64,000 nt of DNA from Octopus vulgaris (lineage: Eukaryota): assembly GCA_951406725.2 (NCBI GenBank), contig OX597834.1, positions 20,026,001 to 20,090,000 of the forward strand. Reading direction: 5' to 3'. The translations under genes were made by a program, and so were the position numbers. The notes beneath the pieces are model-generated. The model did not search any database, was not told where the DNA came from, and saw only the letters and a program-made list of their open reading frames with translations. This document shows, in pieces, positions 13,987 to 27,275 of the stretch; the first letter of the stretch is position 1; each line of letters starts with the position of its first letter.

Positions 13987-14205
13987 AGGCAGTGAGCTGG
14001 CAGAATTGTGAGCATACAAGGAAAAATGCTTAGTGGCATTTCATCTGTCTTTGCATTCTGATTTCAAGCTCAGCTAAGGTCGTCTTTGCCTTTTATCCTT
14101 TCAGGGTTGAGAAAATAAGTACCAGATGAGTACTGGGGGTGATGTAATCGCCTTACCCACCTACCCTGAGATTGCTGGCCTTGTGCCAAAATTTGAACCC
14201 AATAT
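13987..14205 (+). mobile_element. Family B SINE
   Basis: ggcagtgagctggcagaa head, Meta-like core, ggccttgtgccaaaatttga tail. Confidence 0.85.
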
Positions 14206-14459
14206 GTCATCTTAGTTTATGTTCTAAACACCAATTTACTGATGATAAAATTATATCACTAATTTCATTACTATTTTCAAAATTATTGGGAAGTAAGTCA
14301 CTGGATTTAAATTAAGACTACATCGTGTAATCTTGTTCAAATGTATGCCTCATGTTGGAAAATAAAAGTCTTGCTAGTGGATTTGGTAGGCAGAAAAAGA
14401 GCCTGTCATATGTTTAATTAAAATTAAAATTTTTTTTTTAATTAACCTTTCGTCTTTAT

Positions 14460-14850
14460 CATCATCATCATCTTTTAACATCCGCTTTCCATGCTATCAT
14501 GGGTTGGACGATTTTGACTGAGGGCTGGCGAACCAGATGGTTGCACTAGTCTCCAATCTTGATTTGGCAGAGTTTCTACAGCTGGGTGCCCTTCATAACG
14601 CCAACCACTCCGAGAGTGTAGTGGGTGCTTTTTACGTGCCACCGGTACAGGGGCCAGTCATACGGTATTGGCAACGACCTCGCTCGAATCCTTTTACACC
14701 TGCCACCAGCACAGGTGCCAGTAAGGTGACATTGGTAACGATCATGCTTGAATGGTGCCCTTTTATGTGCCACTGGCATGGAAGCCACTTGGCTGCTCTG
14801 GCAACGATCACACTCGGATGGTGCTCTTGGAACCCTACTGGCATGGGCAC
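14460..14850 (-). mobile_element. Family D retroposon with internal sub-repeats
   Basis: RTE-like tail (rc of ggttggcgtta.gaagggca.ccagctgtagaaa) plus 3-4 degenerate ggcaacgatcacgctc..ggtgc sub-repeats. Confidence 0.7.
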
Positions 14851-15024
14851 ATATATAGCTTCATATTAATATCCATACAAATTTATAAAATATAATTTTT
14901 TTAATGTATATTTTATTAAATATAAATTATGTCTTATAGATTTATCAAACATTTAGAGTAACATATTTCACAAACATCCATGTCAAATTTTCAAATCTGT
15001 AAAGCCTCTTAGATGTATATGTAT

Positions 15025-15410
15025 GAGTGCAAGCATGGCTGTGTGGTTAATTAGCTCAATTTGCAACCACAGGAATTTGGGTTCAATCCTTCTGTGCAAT
15101 ATTTTGAGCAATCATGTTCTTCTATAGCCTGGGCCGAGCAGTGACTAGTGAGTGAATTTCATAGATGGAAACTGTATAGAAGTCTATATCGTATGTGCGC
15201 ATGTGTTTGTGTTTGTATCCCCCATTTTCTTGACAGTCATTGCTGGCTTTTTTACATCTTTGTAACTTAGTGGTTCAGCAAAAAGAGATCAACAAAATAA
15301 GTACAAGACTTTAAAATAATTTTGGGGATCAATTTGTTCGAGTAAATCATTCAGGGCATTACCATTGAATGGCCACTGTCCAGTGACTGAAAGGAGTGAA
15401 AGATACAAGA
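15025..15410 (+). mobile_element. Family A SINE (diverged)
   Basis: Collinear similarity to 9213-9622. Confidence 0.75.
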
Positions 15411-16171
15411 TGTGGTGTGTGTGTTTGTAAGTTCGTGTTGTCTTGTCTTAACATCATGTGATAATTGTAATAAATGTAACTGTCACAAAGTCATGTCATT
15501 CATTTCTAGTCTTCTGCAAACTCAAAAGCAGCCAAGGGGAAATATTTACCTGGGTGAGGGTTGGTAACAGGAAAAGCATCCAGATGTAGAAAATCTACTT
15601 AAAAAAGAAAAATTCTGTCTAACCTATGCAAGCAAGGAAAAGCAGATGTTGGAACTGATGATGACAATGATGTTGATAATGATGTTGATGATTATGACAG
15701 TGGTGATAACGATGAAGATTATGATGATGAAGGTGACGTTGATGATGGTGATGATAATCAGGATGATAGTGGTTATGATGATAATGATGATGATGATGAT
15801 GATTGTGATACTGACTGTTATAATGATGATGATAAAGATAATATCAATGATGATTGTGATGATGGTGGTGATGATGATGATGATGATGATGTGATGATAA
15901 TGTTGATGATAACGATCTACCTGCTCTGCTATCACCATTATATATATATTTCTAGAAACATTTTTCTTTTCATTTATGACCCCCTCCTCCCATCACCCGA
16001 CCACACCAACATCAACACCAACACCACCACCACCACCACCACCACCACCACTAAACCTCGCAGCGTAATCATATGGCATCCCAAATGTTTTGATATCTGC
16101 TTTTTAATTCTATTTGTTCCTTCACATATATATTTTGTATATTAATATGTCTTTCTTTGATTTGTTTTGTA

Positions 16172-16217
<46 letters not shown>

Positions 16218-16680
16218 TATTTATTTTTTTTTTTGGCTTTCTTTTTTCGATTTTCTGTACTTGTGTTTGAAATAAAACTCTGAAATAGAGATCGATACTA
16301 ACCGTTTGGGCAGTTATGTTTCTTCTGCTCTTTGTACATGTGATTGCGCGTGTATTTGTTTTTCCTCTCCAGCATATATACGCATACACACACATACATA
16401 TATACATATATAAGCATGACTATACATACCTATACATATATATATAATATATAATATATATATATTATACATATATATATATAATATAATATAATATATG
16501 TATATATATATATATATATATATAAAATGTATATATATATATAATATATAATGTATATATATATATAGAGAGAGAGAGAGATTTACACAGGAATATGTAC
16601 AAAGATGTATTTATGTATGTATATTTACAAACAAATATATACATATATGTAAATATATGCATATGTATATAAGTGTAAAT

Positions 16681-16721
<41 letters not shown>

Positions 16722-16740
16722 TTTAGCATATATACATATG

Positions 16741-16783
<43 letters not shown>

Positions 16784-16795
16784 GATATGTATATA

Positions 16796-16849
<54 letters not shown>

Positions 16850-17350
16850 TGCATGCATACATATATATGTATACACATTTGATGTTAAACATAATTTTGT
16901 CTCTCGAATTATTTTATGCAAACATTTTTATCTGGTTTCCTCTTTGAATCAAAGAAAACTAGAACAAACAAAATCTCTAGAAAGAAAACAAAAACAACAT
17001 AAAAATACTTTTTAAAAAAAAGACATATAAAACAGTAAAAATAAAATAACAACAAAATGAAAGTCGACCACAACAACAAAAATAACCCTCACAACAAAAG
17101 GATATATTATAACAATGGAACCATATAATCAAATGTTTGGCCGAGTCAGTATTTCATCTATGGCTAGCCAGCTCAAAGAATATATTTTCCACATCTTTCT
17201 AACATTAAATTGAAACCAGATACAAATTCTGCAAATGGTAATTCCATTGCTAGACAACCTAATAAATCTAAAAACCTATATTGGTTAGTTCCTCTATTGT
17301 AACGGTTCTTTGTGAATAATTCTCTTATGATGATAATGACGAGGATGATA

Positions 17351-17403
<53 letters not shown>

Positions 17404-17522
17404 GTGTGCTAAACTGTAGTTTGCAAAATTTCTAAGTAAGTTTCTTAAGATTTATGTAGACATGCTGTTGTTTCAGGATAACATCCCCTGCTAATTATAA
17501 ATCAGTAGATAATAGCTTCGTG

Positions 17523-17745
17523 GAGGCACATAGCTTAGTGGTTAAGGTGTTGGCCTCATGATCATAAGATTGTGGTTTCGATTCCTGGACTGGGCAGCGC
17601 ATTTTGCTCTTCAGCAAAACACTTCATTTCACAATGCTCCAATCCATTCAGCTTATAAATGATGAGTTATCCTGTGATGGACTGGCATTCCATCCAGGGG
17701 TTAATATATATGCCAGAGAGACATGGAAACCAGCCCTATGCCCCT
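17523..17745 (+). mobile_element. tRNA-headed SINE (family C)
   Basis: Box A (tagcttagtgg), box B (ggtttcgattcc) and CORE-like segment; related to 29116-29448. Confidence 0.75.
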
Positions 17746-17846
17746 CAGAGGAGTAACATATGCTAATAATCATATAATAGCTTTTAAGACATACTTCTGC
17801 CTATTATAGCCAACTGGGTTTAACCAAATATATTGACTGTTTTAAT

Positions 17847-17908
<62 letters not shown>

Positions 17909-18604
17909 CATACATACATATATATATTTGAAAAGTGAGTGGACAAACGAAAGAAGGATACTCAACACATTTATTGAAAGTTACATGTATGGATCAAATC
18001 AGTTTCATTCAAATTCCTTGGTACTCAAAGTTTCAAAGTGTGATGCTAATCCTCACCCATCAGGACTTCAAATTTCCAGTGGTTGAAAATTCGCATCACA
18101 TTTTGAAACTTGAAGTACCAAGGAATTTGAACCAAACTGTTTTGACCCACATATATATAAATATATATATGATGGGTTTCTTTCAGCCTCTGTCTACTAA
18201 ATCCACCCACAAGGCTTTGGTTGCCCCAGGGCTATATTAGAAAGTACCCAGAGTACCACACAGAGGACTGGAACCTATATATATATACATATATAGTGTC
18301 AAAAATCTTGTCATACATTTCAAACTTGATTATCACTGCTCAGTGATGCTGCAGCCAATGTAATTGTTATGTTTTTGGATAGTATTCTTTAAATAGTCTT
18401 ATTCCAAGAGATGGTTGATAAGGATTGTTGTGTGTGTGTAGTGGTAGGGGAGAAAATAAATAAACAATTGTTTAGGAAAATAAAACTTTAATTGAATTCT
18501 TACAGGAATATATTGAAGAAATTATATTAGGACAGTTTAGCATCTGAAATCTTCAATTTAACATTTAATTTGCAAGTAAATAATAATAATAATAATAATA
18601 ATAA

Positions 18605-18635
<31 letters not shown>

Positions 18636-19153
18636 AAGAAAAAGAAGAAGAACACCAACAGCAATAAAAATAATAAAATTTCTATGGCTGGAATGTTGTC
18701 TTCGAAATTTTGAAAACACTAACACCAACAGCAACAACAACAACAGCAACAATAACAATAATGAAATTTCTATGGCTGGAATGCAGTCTTAGAATTTTTG
18801 AAAATTAAGAAAAGAAAAACAAGAACAACAACAACAACAGTAACAGCAACAACAACAATAACAGTAACAACTACAACCATAATAATGATAATAAGATATG
18901 TTTCATGAAAAAAAAATTCATATACACACAAATATAGTTCTTCAAGATTCTATCAGTACTCATGACTCGCAGGATTAAATACTCTGGTTTCAGTGCGTAA
19001 AACTCTACAATTTAGTTAGATTTATGCTAATTCAATTGAAGTGAACTGCTTTAGCAAACACGTGTCTCTGATTCTTTGTTTACATGTTGTTGTTACAATT
19101 TTTATTATTACTATTATCATTATTATCTTTATTATTGTTATTATTATTATTAC

Positions 19154-19190
<37 letters not shown>

Positions 19191-19919
19191 TTTATTTATT
19201 TTTGTTAGTTTGTAGTTGTCACTCATTTCTTTTCTCTTTTTTCTTTTATCCATTTTCGTACGGCAAAATGTTAAAAGTATTTTAGCATTTAATTCAATAG
19301 TTAAAATATGCTACAAAATGTCAAAATTTCTTGGTTAGTTTGGCTATATTATATATATATTTATTTGTATATATATATGTACACACACTCACACACACAC
19401 ACACACACACACACATATGATAAACAAGAACTGCATGCTATTATTATCATTATTATTATTATTTTTATAATTCTTGTCATTGACATTAACATCATCATCA
19501 TCATCATCATTATCATTGTTGTTATTTTAAGTATCATTATCATCATCATTGTTGTTATTGTTACTACTATTATTATTATTATTATTATTATTATCATTAT
19601 TATTATCATTATTATTATTGTTGTTGTTGTTGTTTTTCTGCTGTCCAAGTAGTAAATTTAAATGAGATTAACAATAGCTGCTGTACTTTGAAATGCCAAG
19701 GCTGGAAAAGCTGATGATAACAGTGGAAGCGATGACAGAATATATTTTATGGTTTGGTGAGGGTGTTGCCATTGACATCAAGGTGGAGGACAGAATGGAC
19801 AGGGTATGGGTGCGAGCACAGGTAGTAGCTCATGTAGTGGCATGCTTATAGAAGTTTACAAGGCAAGTAGTTCTTTCTGTGGCAGATTGAGATCTTTGGA
19901 TTGGTAACATTGGGATGAG

Positions 19920-20150
19920 ATAAGGTAGCAAGATGGCAAAATTGTTAGCATACTGGGCAAAATGCTTTGTGGTGTAACATCCATGCTTTCATTCTGAGTT
20001 CAAATTCTGCAGCAGTCAATTTTGCATTTCATCCTTTTTGGGATCAATAAAATAAGTAGCACTGAGGTCAGTGTAACTGACTTCACCCCCATCTTCCCCA
20101 GCCCACCACGAAATTGCTGGCCTTGTGCCAAAATTTGAAACCAGTATTGG
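19920..20150 (+). mobile_element. Family B SINE
   Basis: Head, Meta-like core and tail present. Confidence 0.8.
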
Positions 20151-22256
20151 GAAAGGATTTGTTTCTTGGTAGAGTTCTTAGAGTCTTCTTTGTAGTATTT
20201 AACTGTGGAGGTTTGCCTTCTGAGTTCAAATCTTGCCAAAATCAGCATTGGCTTTAACTAGGGGTCTGAGATATTTTGGCACAACCTCTGAGAAGAGATT
20301 ACACATACACACACTCACAAACATCTACATAGAGCAAGTTAATCATATGTACATATTCATATACAGTGATGACTGTATATTCTCATGCACAGATTATCAC
20401 ACACACACACACACACACAGTTATGCACACATATTTCACTTACAAGCAATCATTGATAGGTATGTAGGTAGACAGGTAGACAGATAGACAGACAGACAGA
20501 CATAGATTGATAGATAGATAGATAGATAGATAGATAGACTGACTGACTGATAAACAGACAGACAGATAGACAGACAGACAGACAGACAGATAAATAGATA
20601 GATAGATAGACAGATAGGAAGATAGATAGATTGTGAGGACCAGTGTCCTAGCAAAACCTAGAGCAGAGGATGCAGTCTGTGGCTTATCAAATCCTGTTGA
20701 ACATTCAACTTAAGCCAAATGGAAGACAAAAGTTAAATGATGATAATGTTGATGATGATGATGATAATGGTGGTGGTGGTGGTGATGATAATGATGATAG
20801 CACTGATGATGCACACACTCTCACACGCACACATATACTCCCACACAGGCAATAATGTATGTGCACACACATATATATATATTCATACGTGTCTACAAGA
20901 ACACACAGGCACACACACACACAGACCTAGGATGAAGTAACAATCTACTTTTTATAAAAATGTCCTTTTAGTACCACATGATGTGCCCCCCCACTATCAC
21001 ACACCAACACACACACACATACACAAACTACAATTATCATCATCTCACAAAAACCTTCCGTTTTTGTCTTTTTACCTTTATTTGTTCTCCTGTTTTAGCT
21101 GCTATTTCTGTTTGCAGTCTATCCCCACCTCCATACTCGGTTGTCATTGCAGTTCGTCTCTCCACTTATCAAGCAACAACATCTGATAAGCAAGAAATCA
21201 GAATCTCTGGGAAAAAAAAATCAAATAAATTCCTTAACCAAATTCTTTAATGTCAAGAGGCAAAATTATTTTTTGTTTCGTCTTATTTGTTATACTTTCC
21301 GGTTTTTTTCTATTTATTTTTATTATTAGTTCTTTTTCTGGTGGGGAACTTTTTCTTTCTTTTTTTAAATATCACGAGAACCTTTCTGTTTGTACATTGA
21401 ATATTGACAAACAATAATAAGATGTCAGGTTGATATTTCATAATGGATGGCAACAAAGAAGGGAAAAATTCTGCCACGGGTTCTGTTGGTCATCATTAAT
21501 TAATCATTTGAAACAAAATGATGAAATAAATAAAATAAAATAAAACAAAATAAAATTACATAAAATAAATAAAGAATATGGAAACTGAAATATAATCGAG
21601 AGGAAGAGTGGTGTTGTTTGTTTTCATCAAATATAGTGTTACCAGGAATGATGAAAGCCAAGCAGATATGGTTCACATGAATTTTATATATCAAAATATG
21701 GATTACACAATGAGAAGGAGAGGATAGGATATTGTATTATTATGTATTTGATGGCTTGGCTTGTGTCTGTTTCGATATTAGTTATTGTCCAGCATTGAAG
21801 AGATGTTGATGAATGCTATCATACACACACACATGCACACACACAAACATATACATAAATATATACATATACATATATACAAATATATATGTATATATAC
21901 GTGAGTGTGAGAGTGTGTCTGTCTTTGTATGTGTCTTTGTGAGTGTGTGTGCATATATATACATACATATAGATCGATAGATAGATAGATAGATATACTT
22001 TTTTGATGTCACAAGAATTTCTATACTTTCAAGTGAATGTGATATATTTCTCTTTTGAAACTGGATCTCGGGGTACGCATAAAGTTACAGATAATAACCT
22101 GTAAATAATTACGTTCTAAAACCTTTTTGGATGGACGAAGCTGAAAGCTGCGTTTGACATTTTCTATCAAAAAAGTTCTTTGACCCCAATATTTAGTCAC
22201 AGTTATTTATAGCTTTATATGCAGTTTGAGAACAAATTTTAAAAAGAATACGTATG

Positions 22257-22480
22257 TACATGATGGTTGCTGAAAAGTTCATTGCTTTAAGGGTATCACG
22301 AAAGGCCTGGTTGGAGGTACAACCTTCCGAGTTCTTTGACAGGGCTTGGAAAAACTGATGGACTGCTGCAATAAGTGTGGGAATCTGAGAGGGGAATATA
22401 TTGTATAAAATCATAATTAACTGATCCTCCTGTATTTTCTTTTACCCAAAGCCAGGAACTTTTCAACATCCCTTTGTGTA
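22257..22480 (+). mobile_element. Non-autonomous mariner element
   Basis: TIRs gttgctgaaaagttc / gaacttttcaacatc with TA ends; internal remnant of a mariner transposase C-terminus (GLEKLMDCCNKCGNLRGEYI); second copy at 37916-38130. Confidence 0.8.
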
Positions 22481-22592
22481 TATATATATTTATAGTTAAT
22501 CCAAACAAGAAAGCATAAAAAAACACAACAATGTGAGGACGTGGAACAAATATAGTATTATTGGACGCTCAGGAAAGAAGAAAAGAAGGAGG

Positions 22593-22627
22593 GTTTAACG
22601 TTTCGAGCGGAGCTCTTCATCGGAAAC
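22593..22627 (-). ncRNA. Minimal type-I hammerhead ribozyme (U4C variant)
   Basis: Minus strand: guuu CCGAUGA a gagc-ucc-gcuc GAAAC GUU^aaac; stem I guuu/aaac; palindromic stem III AACGUU. Confidence 0.65.
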
Positions 22628-22987
22628 ATAGGAGAAGGAAAGATCCAGAGAAGGGAAGACAGAGTAAAAAAAATTGCCAACGGTACACATGCGGTCCATA
22701 GATATAGGGTAAAAAATTATTAATTTAATAATTAACAAATTTCACCAAGTAGCTTCAGTGTCGAAAAAAACCCTTATCGGTAAAAACTTATACAAAAAGT
22801 TTTTTTATAATTATAAATATAATTAAGGGTTTAGCAAAAAGTTGCTTCACCACATACCGAAAATTTAGAAATAGCAGTCAAAAACCACTAATTTTTTTAA
22901 CTACAATATAACTCCACAGACAGTAATACTTGTAACTCACATAGGCAAAAAGAAGAAAAATAACGAAATCAACCAGTCTTACAATTA

Positions 22988-23045
22988 ACCATGTACACGT
23001 TTCGGGATTAGAATTTTTAAAATTCATTTCCTTCATCAGCATGAT
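22988..23045 (-). ncRNA. Minimal type-I hammerhead ribozyme
   Basis: Minus strand: aucaug CUGAUGA a[ggaaaugaauuuuaaaaauucuaaucc]c GAAAC GU GUA^cauggu; 6-bp stem I and a foldable stem II. Confidence 0.72.
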
Positions 23046-24479
23046 ATTTCAAGATTAATAAATTTGAAAATGCTAAACCTACCCTTTGCATCTTCGATCA
23101 AGAGACATCAAAACATAACATAAGATAGACAGCAATTAGCGGTTTTTGACTGCTATTTCTAAATTTTCGTTATGTGCAGCAAGGAATTGAACTCATGACC
23201 TTACAACCTTGAGTCAGATACCCTGACCACTAAGCCATGCTCCTTTGCTGGGTATTCCGTTAGGAAGGTTGGTCATGAAAGGATTTAGTTTCATGCTTAG
23301 TTATCATCTGTGAAACAGAACTGAGACAATGTCAGGAGATTGGATTGGGCCAAACTGGATCGGCATTGAACTCATTGTCATTGCAATCCAGTTTGAAGTT
23401 GGCTTTGATACCCTCATTTGTAGATCTTTCCAGAATGTATATGTGCGCACACACACACACACAACACACACACATCACACACAACACATTCACAACACAC
23501 TCACAACAAACACACAATACACACACATACAACACAAACACACACACAATTCACACACACAACACACACACAAACTGGCATACACACACATGCACAACAC
23601 ACACATACATATGTAGTTATACAACAAAAACACAAATGGGGTTTATTGTGCGTGTGTGTGTGTGTATATATGTATATGTAGATATATATGTATACATATG
23701 TGTATAAAAGCATGTGAATGTATGTGTGTGTAGATATATATGTATATATGTGTGTGTGTGTAGATATGTAGATATATATGTATACATATGTGTATAAATA
23801 TGTGTGTGTGTATGTGTAGATATATATGTATACACGTATATAAAAATGTGTGTGTGTGTAGATATATATGTATACATGTGTATGAAAGTGTATGTGTGTG
23901 TGTAGATATATATATATACATATATGTATAAATGTATGTGTGCGTGTAGATATATATATATACATATATGTATAAACGTGTGTGTGTGTGTGTGTAGTAA
24001 AGTAAAACAGAAATACCACAATGTTTTTGTTTCATTTTGTTTTAGTGTTTACCTGTCTCTTTCACATGGGGATATCAACTCATTAAAAATAAATCTCAGC
24101 CGTTTTATTATCATTATTATTACTATTACTACAACAACAACAACAACTACTACTACTAATACTACTACTACTACTTGTACTGGTATTACTATTACTACTA
24201 TAAATTTTTTTTTTCTTCCCCTTTTTGCTTCCATAAAAATTCTATTGCATGCAATAACAGTGGTATTGTTATGGTTACTGGAAGGTTGATTATATGTGCG
24301 TTAATTTCTCTTTTTTTTTATTTTGTTTTGTTTTTCACATGAGAATGGTATCTGTAATATGGTAACGTGAAAATAAAAGAAAGAAAAACAAAACCATCCC
24401 CACCCACCTCAACCCCCCAAAAAAACATTGACAGGAAGTTACATCACCATCACTAGCAATATTGAAATCCAGATGGTTA

Positions 24480-24574
<95 letters not shown>

Positions 24575-24743
24575 ATATATTTGTATATATATATAAATAT
24601 ATATATATATGTATGTAAATATTTGTATGAATCTATATGTATGTATATATGTATTTATATATATGTATATATATATATAAATATATATATATATTTATAT
24701 GTATATAAGTTTATGTATGTATGTATATATGTGTACTTGTGTA

Positions 24744-24785
<42 letters not shown>

Positions 24786-25619
24786 TACACATATATATAT
24801 ATATACTATATATATATATATGTATTTATCTGCATGTATGTTTGTATGTATGTGTATAGTGTATATGTATAAGTATATGAAAAGATATGTATGCATATAT
24901 ATATATATATACACACACACAGAAATACTGAGGATCAATACAAAGGGCTCTTTGCAGTATATACATGCACGCAATTAAACGTAACATTGACCAACGGACG
25001 AACAAACGAATTCAATTAAGCAACCCATCCGGCTTTATTACAACTGAGCCTTCGCTTTGTGCACAACCTCTCCCCTTTACACACACGATACAGGGTCTTG
25101 GAACACACAACGCACAACACACAACGCACAATCATGACAACCTGTTTGTCGTACTAAGGCTGTCTTCATTGCTGTTACCAACATTTTGTAAATGTTCCAT
25201 CATCGTTATCACCGTTATTCTTATTGTCATCAATGTTGATGTTAATGACATTGTTGTTGTTGTCACTGCTACTGCTGCTGCCACTGCTACTGCTGCTGCT
25301 GTAGCAATTCTTATTGTGGTTCCCTTTATTAGATTTGTCTTCAGAACCGTTCTTATCTTCCACTTCCGAATTTCTCTCATTAACCAACACGAACATTCAA
25401 TACCTCTTCGTTACTTTTACCTGTGTTTTTTTTTTCTTTCAATTTTTTTTTATCCTTTTCTTTTTTGTTTCATTTTCTTTAACATTATTTTCGCAAAGTT
25501 TTTTTTTTATTTTGATATTTTTTGTTTACATATTTTTACATATTCTTAGAGATCTTCTTGTTCTTTCTTTCTTTTTTTCTTTCTTTATATTTTTATTTAT
25601 TTTGCATGTCAGTTTTCCT

Positions 25620-26150
25620 TTCTCCTCTTCTCCCTATCTCACTCCCTCACCCCACTTTCACACACCTCTTTCTCTCTCTGCCCGCTTTTCCCCTCTCCTC
25701 TCCCCTCTCTCCCACTCTCTTCCCTTCTTCCCCTCTTCCTTCTCTCTCTGCCTGCCTTCTCTCTTCTCTCCCTCTCTGCCTGCCTTCTCCCTTCTCTTCC
25801 ACTCTCTTCCCCTCTCTTCTCTTTTCCACTCTCTCAACCCATCTTTTCCTTTCTCTCCCACTCTCTGTCCCTCTCTTCTCTTTTCCACTCTCTCTCACTC
25901 TCTCCTCCTCTCTTCTCCCCTCCCCATCTCTCTCTTCCCATCTCCCATGCTCTCTCTTCCCATCTCCCAAGCTCTCTCTTCCCATCTCCCATGCTCTCTC
26001 TTCCCATCTCCCATGCTCTCTCTTCCCATCTTCCATGTTCTCTCTTCCCTTCTCCCCTCTCTTCTCTTTTCCACTTTCTCCACTTGTCTTCTCCCTTCTC
26101 TCCTACTCTCTCCCACTCTCTTCCCACCTCTCTCTCTCTCTTCCTCTCTT
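25620..26150. repeat. CT-rich tract including a ~22-bp tandem unit (tcccatctcccatgctctctct)
   Basis: About 5 copies at 25920-26045 within a polypyrimidine tract. Confidence 0.9.
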
Positions 26151-26654
26151 TGAATCCAAATATTTGTTCCAGCTTTTCTTCCCAGTTGGATGAAATGCCC
26201 TGAGGCCTGTCTCAGATGAAATGACAAATGAGGTCACCAACAAGACCCATCAGTATGTCACTGGATTACTTTGATAAACTCTTGTCCATCGTGAATGCCA
26301 CTCTCTGAGTCTTCAGGATGAGTACCTTGTGACAGGCCAAAATGAGATGATCAGTAATCCCACGAAACCAAAAGTGTTACATCAGTCTCCCTCTCCTAAA
26401 ACGGTGCTGTAGCAACAGCAAAGGGGCCCCTCACTCCAAATTGTTTTATTGTGTGTCCTGACACTAGGCAAAAGCATTTCTGCAAAAGAGTGTCATCATA
26501 TATGCTATTTAACTGATAGCTGGGACCCTGAAAGGGGACCCAGGAACAATACTGGCTAAGATATGTTTACCAAGACCCTAGACCCCCAAACCAGAACCCC
26601 ACTACCAGTGCAGTTTAAAGTCATATCAAGGACATACATACTTGGCATAGTGGT

Positions 26655-26935
26655 GAGGGTGGTGTGCTCATGATTGCTAGGTCATGGGTTTGATTCCTGG
26701 ATTGGGCAGCACATTGTGTTCTTGAGTAAATCATTTAATTTCATGTCACCACAGTCCACTCAGTTGTAAATAGGTTACATTATTATGGACCAGCCTTCTG
26801 ACCAGAGGAAATGCTGGCCTGCTCACTTAGCCAGTGGGGTGGCATCATTCAAAAGCTAAAACAATGCAATGTACATGACATGTGACCAGTGATGTGTGAC
26901 AACATCTGATAGTCTGGTCAATACTGTAATACCAT
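26655..26935 (+). mobile_element. Family C-like SINE (diverged)
   Basis: gggtttgattcctggattgggcagcacattgtgttcttgag matches the 17523 copy. Confidence 0.6.
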
Positions 26936-26949
26936 GATAAATGACATTC

Positions 26950-27275
26950 TTTCATTCTGTTATTCTTTCGTTTGTTTCAGTTATGTGGCCATGCTGGAGT
27001 ACTGCCTTTTATTCAAACAAATCAATTCCTAGTACTTATTCTGTCGATCCCTTTTGGCAAAGTGCTAAGTTACAGGGATGTAAACACACTAACATCGGTT
27101 ATCAAGTGATTGTGGAGGGACAATCACTTGACAACCGATGTTAGTGTGATCCATCTACCAAATTCACTCACAAGGTTTTGGTCAGCTCAGAGCTACAGCA
27201 GGAGACACTTGCCCAATGTGCCATACACAGGGACTATAACTAAACTTGAAACCCTGTGATTCAGAAGTAATCTTT
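26950..27275 (-). mobile_element. Family A SINE (rearranged)
   Basis: Reverse-complement tail and head segments with internal deletions. Confidence 0.7.

Larger units (their letters stand above)
22490..23176 (-). mobile_element. Two adjacent Penelope-like (pLTR/retrozyme-type) fragments
   Basis: Two minimal HHR motifs on the minus strand and a 43-bp inverted repeat (22851-22893 / 23134-23176), as seen in inverted Penelope ends. Confidence 0.65.

Noticed and set aside
24985-25015. miR-375-like seed (minus TTTGTTCGT)
   Set aside because: Similarity stops after about 9 nt, and no convincing precursor hairpin is visible.
25314-26227. Long Leu/Ser/Pro and Arg/Glu ORFs
   Set aside because: Translations of a CT-rich tandem tract.
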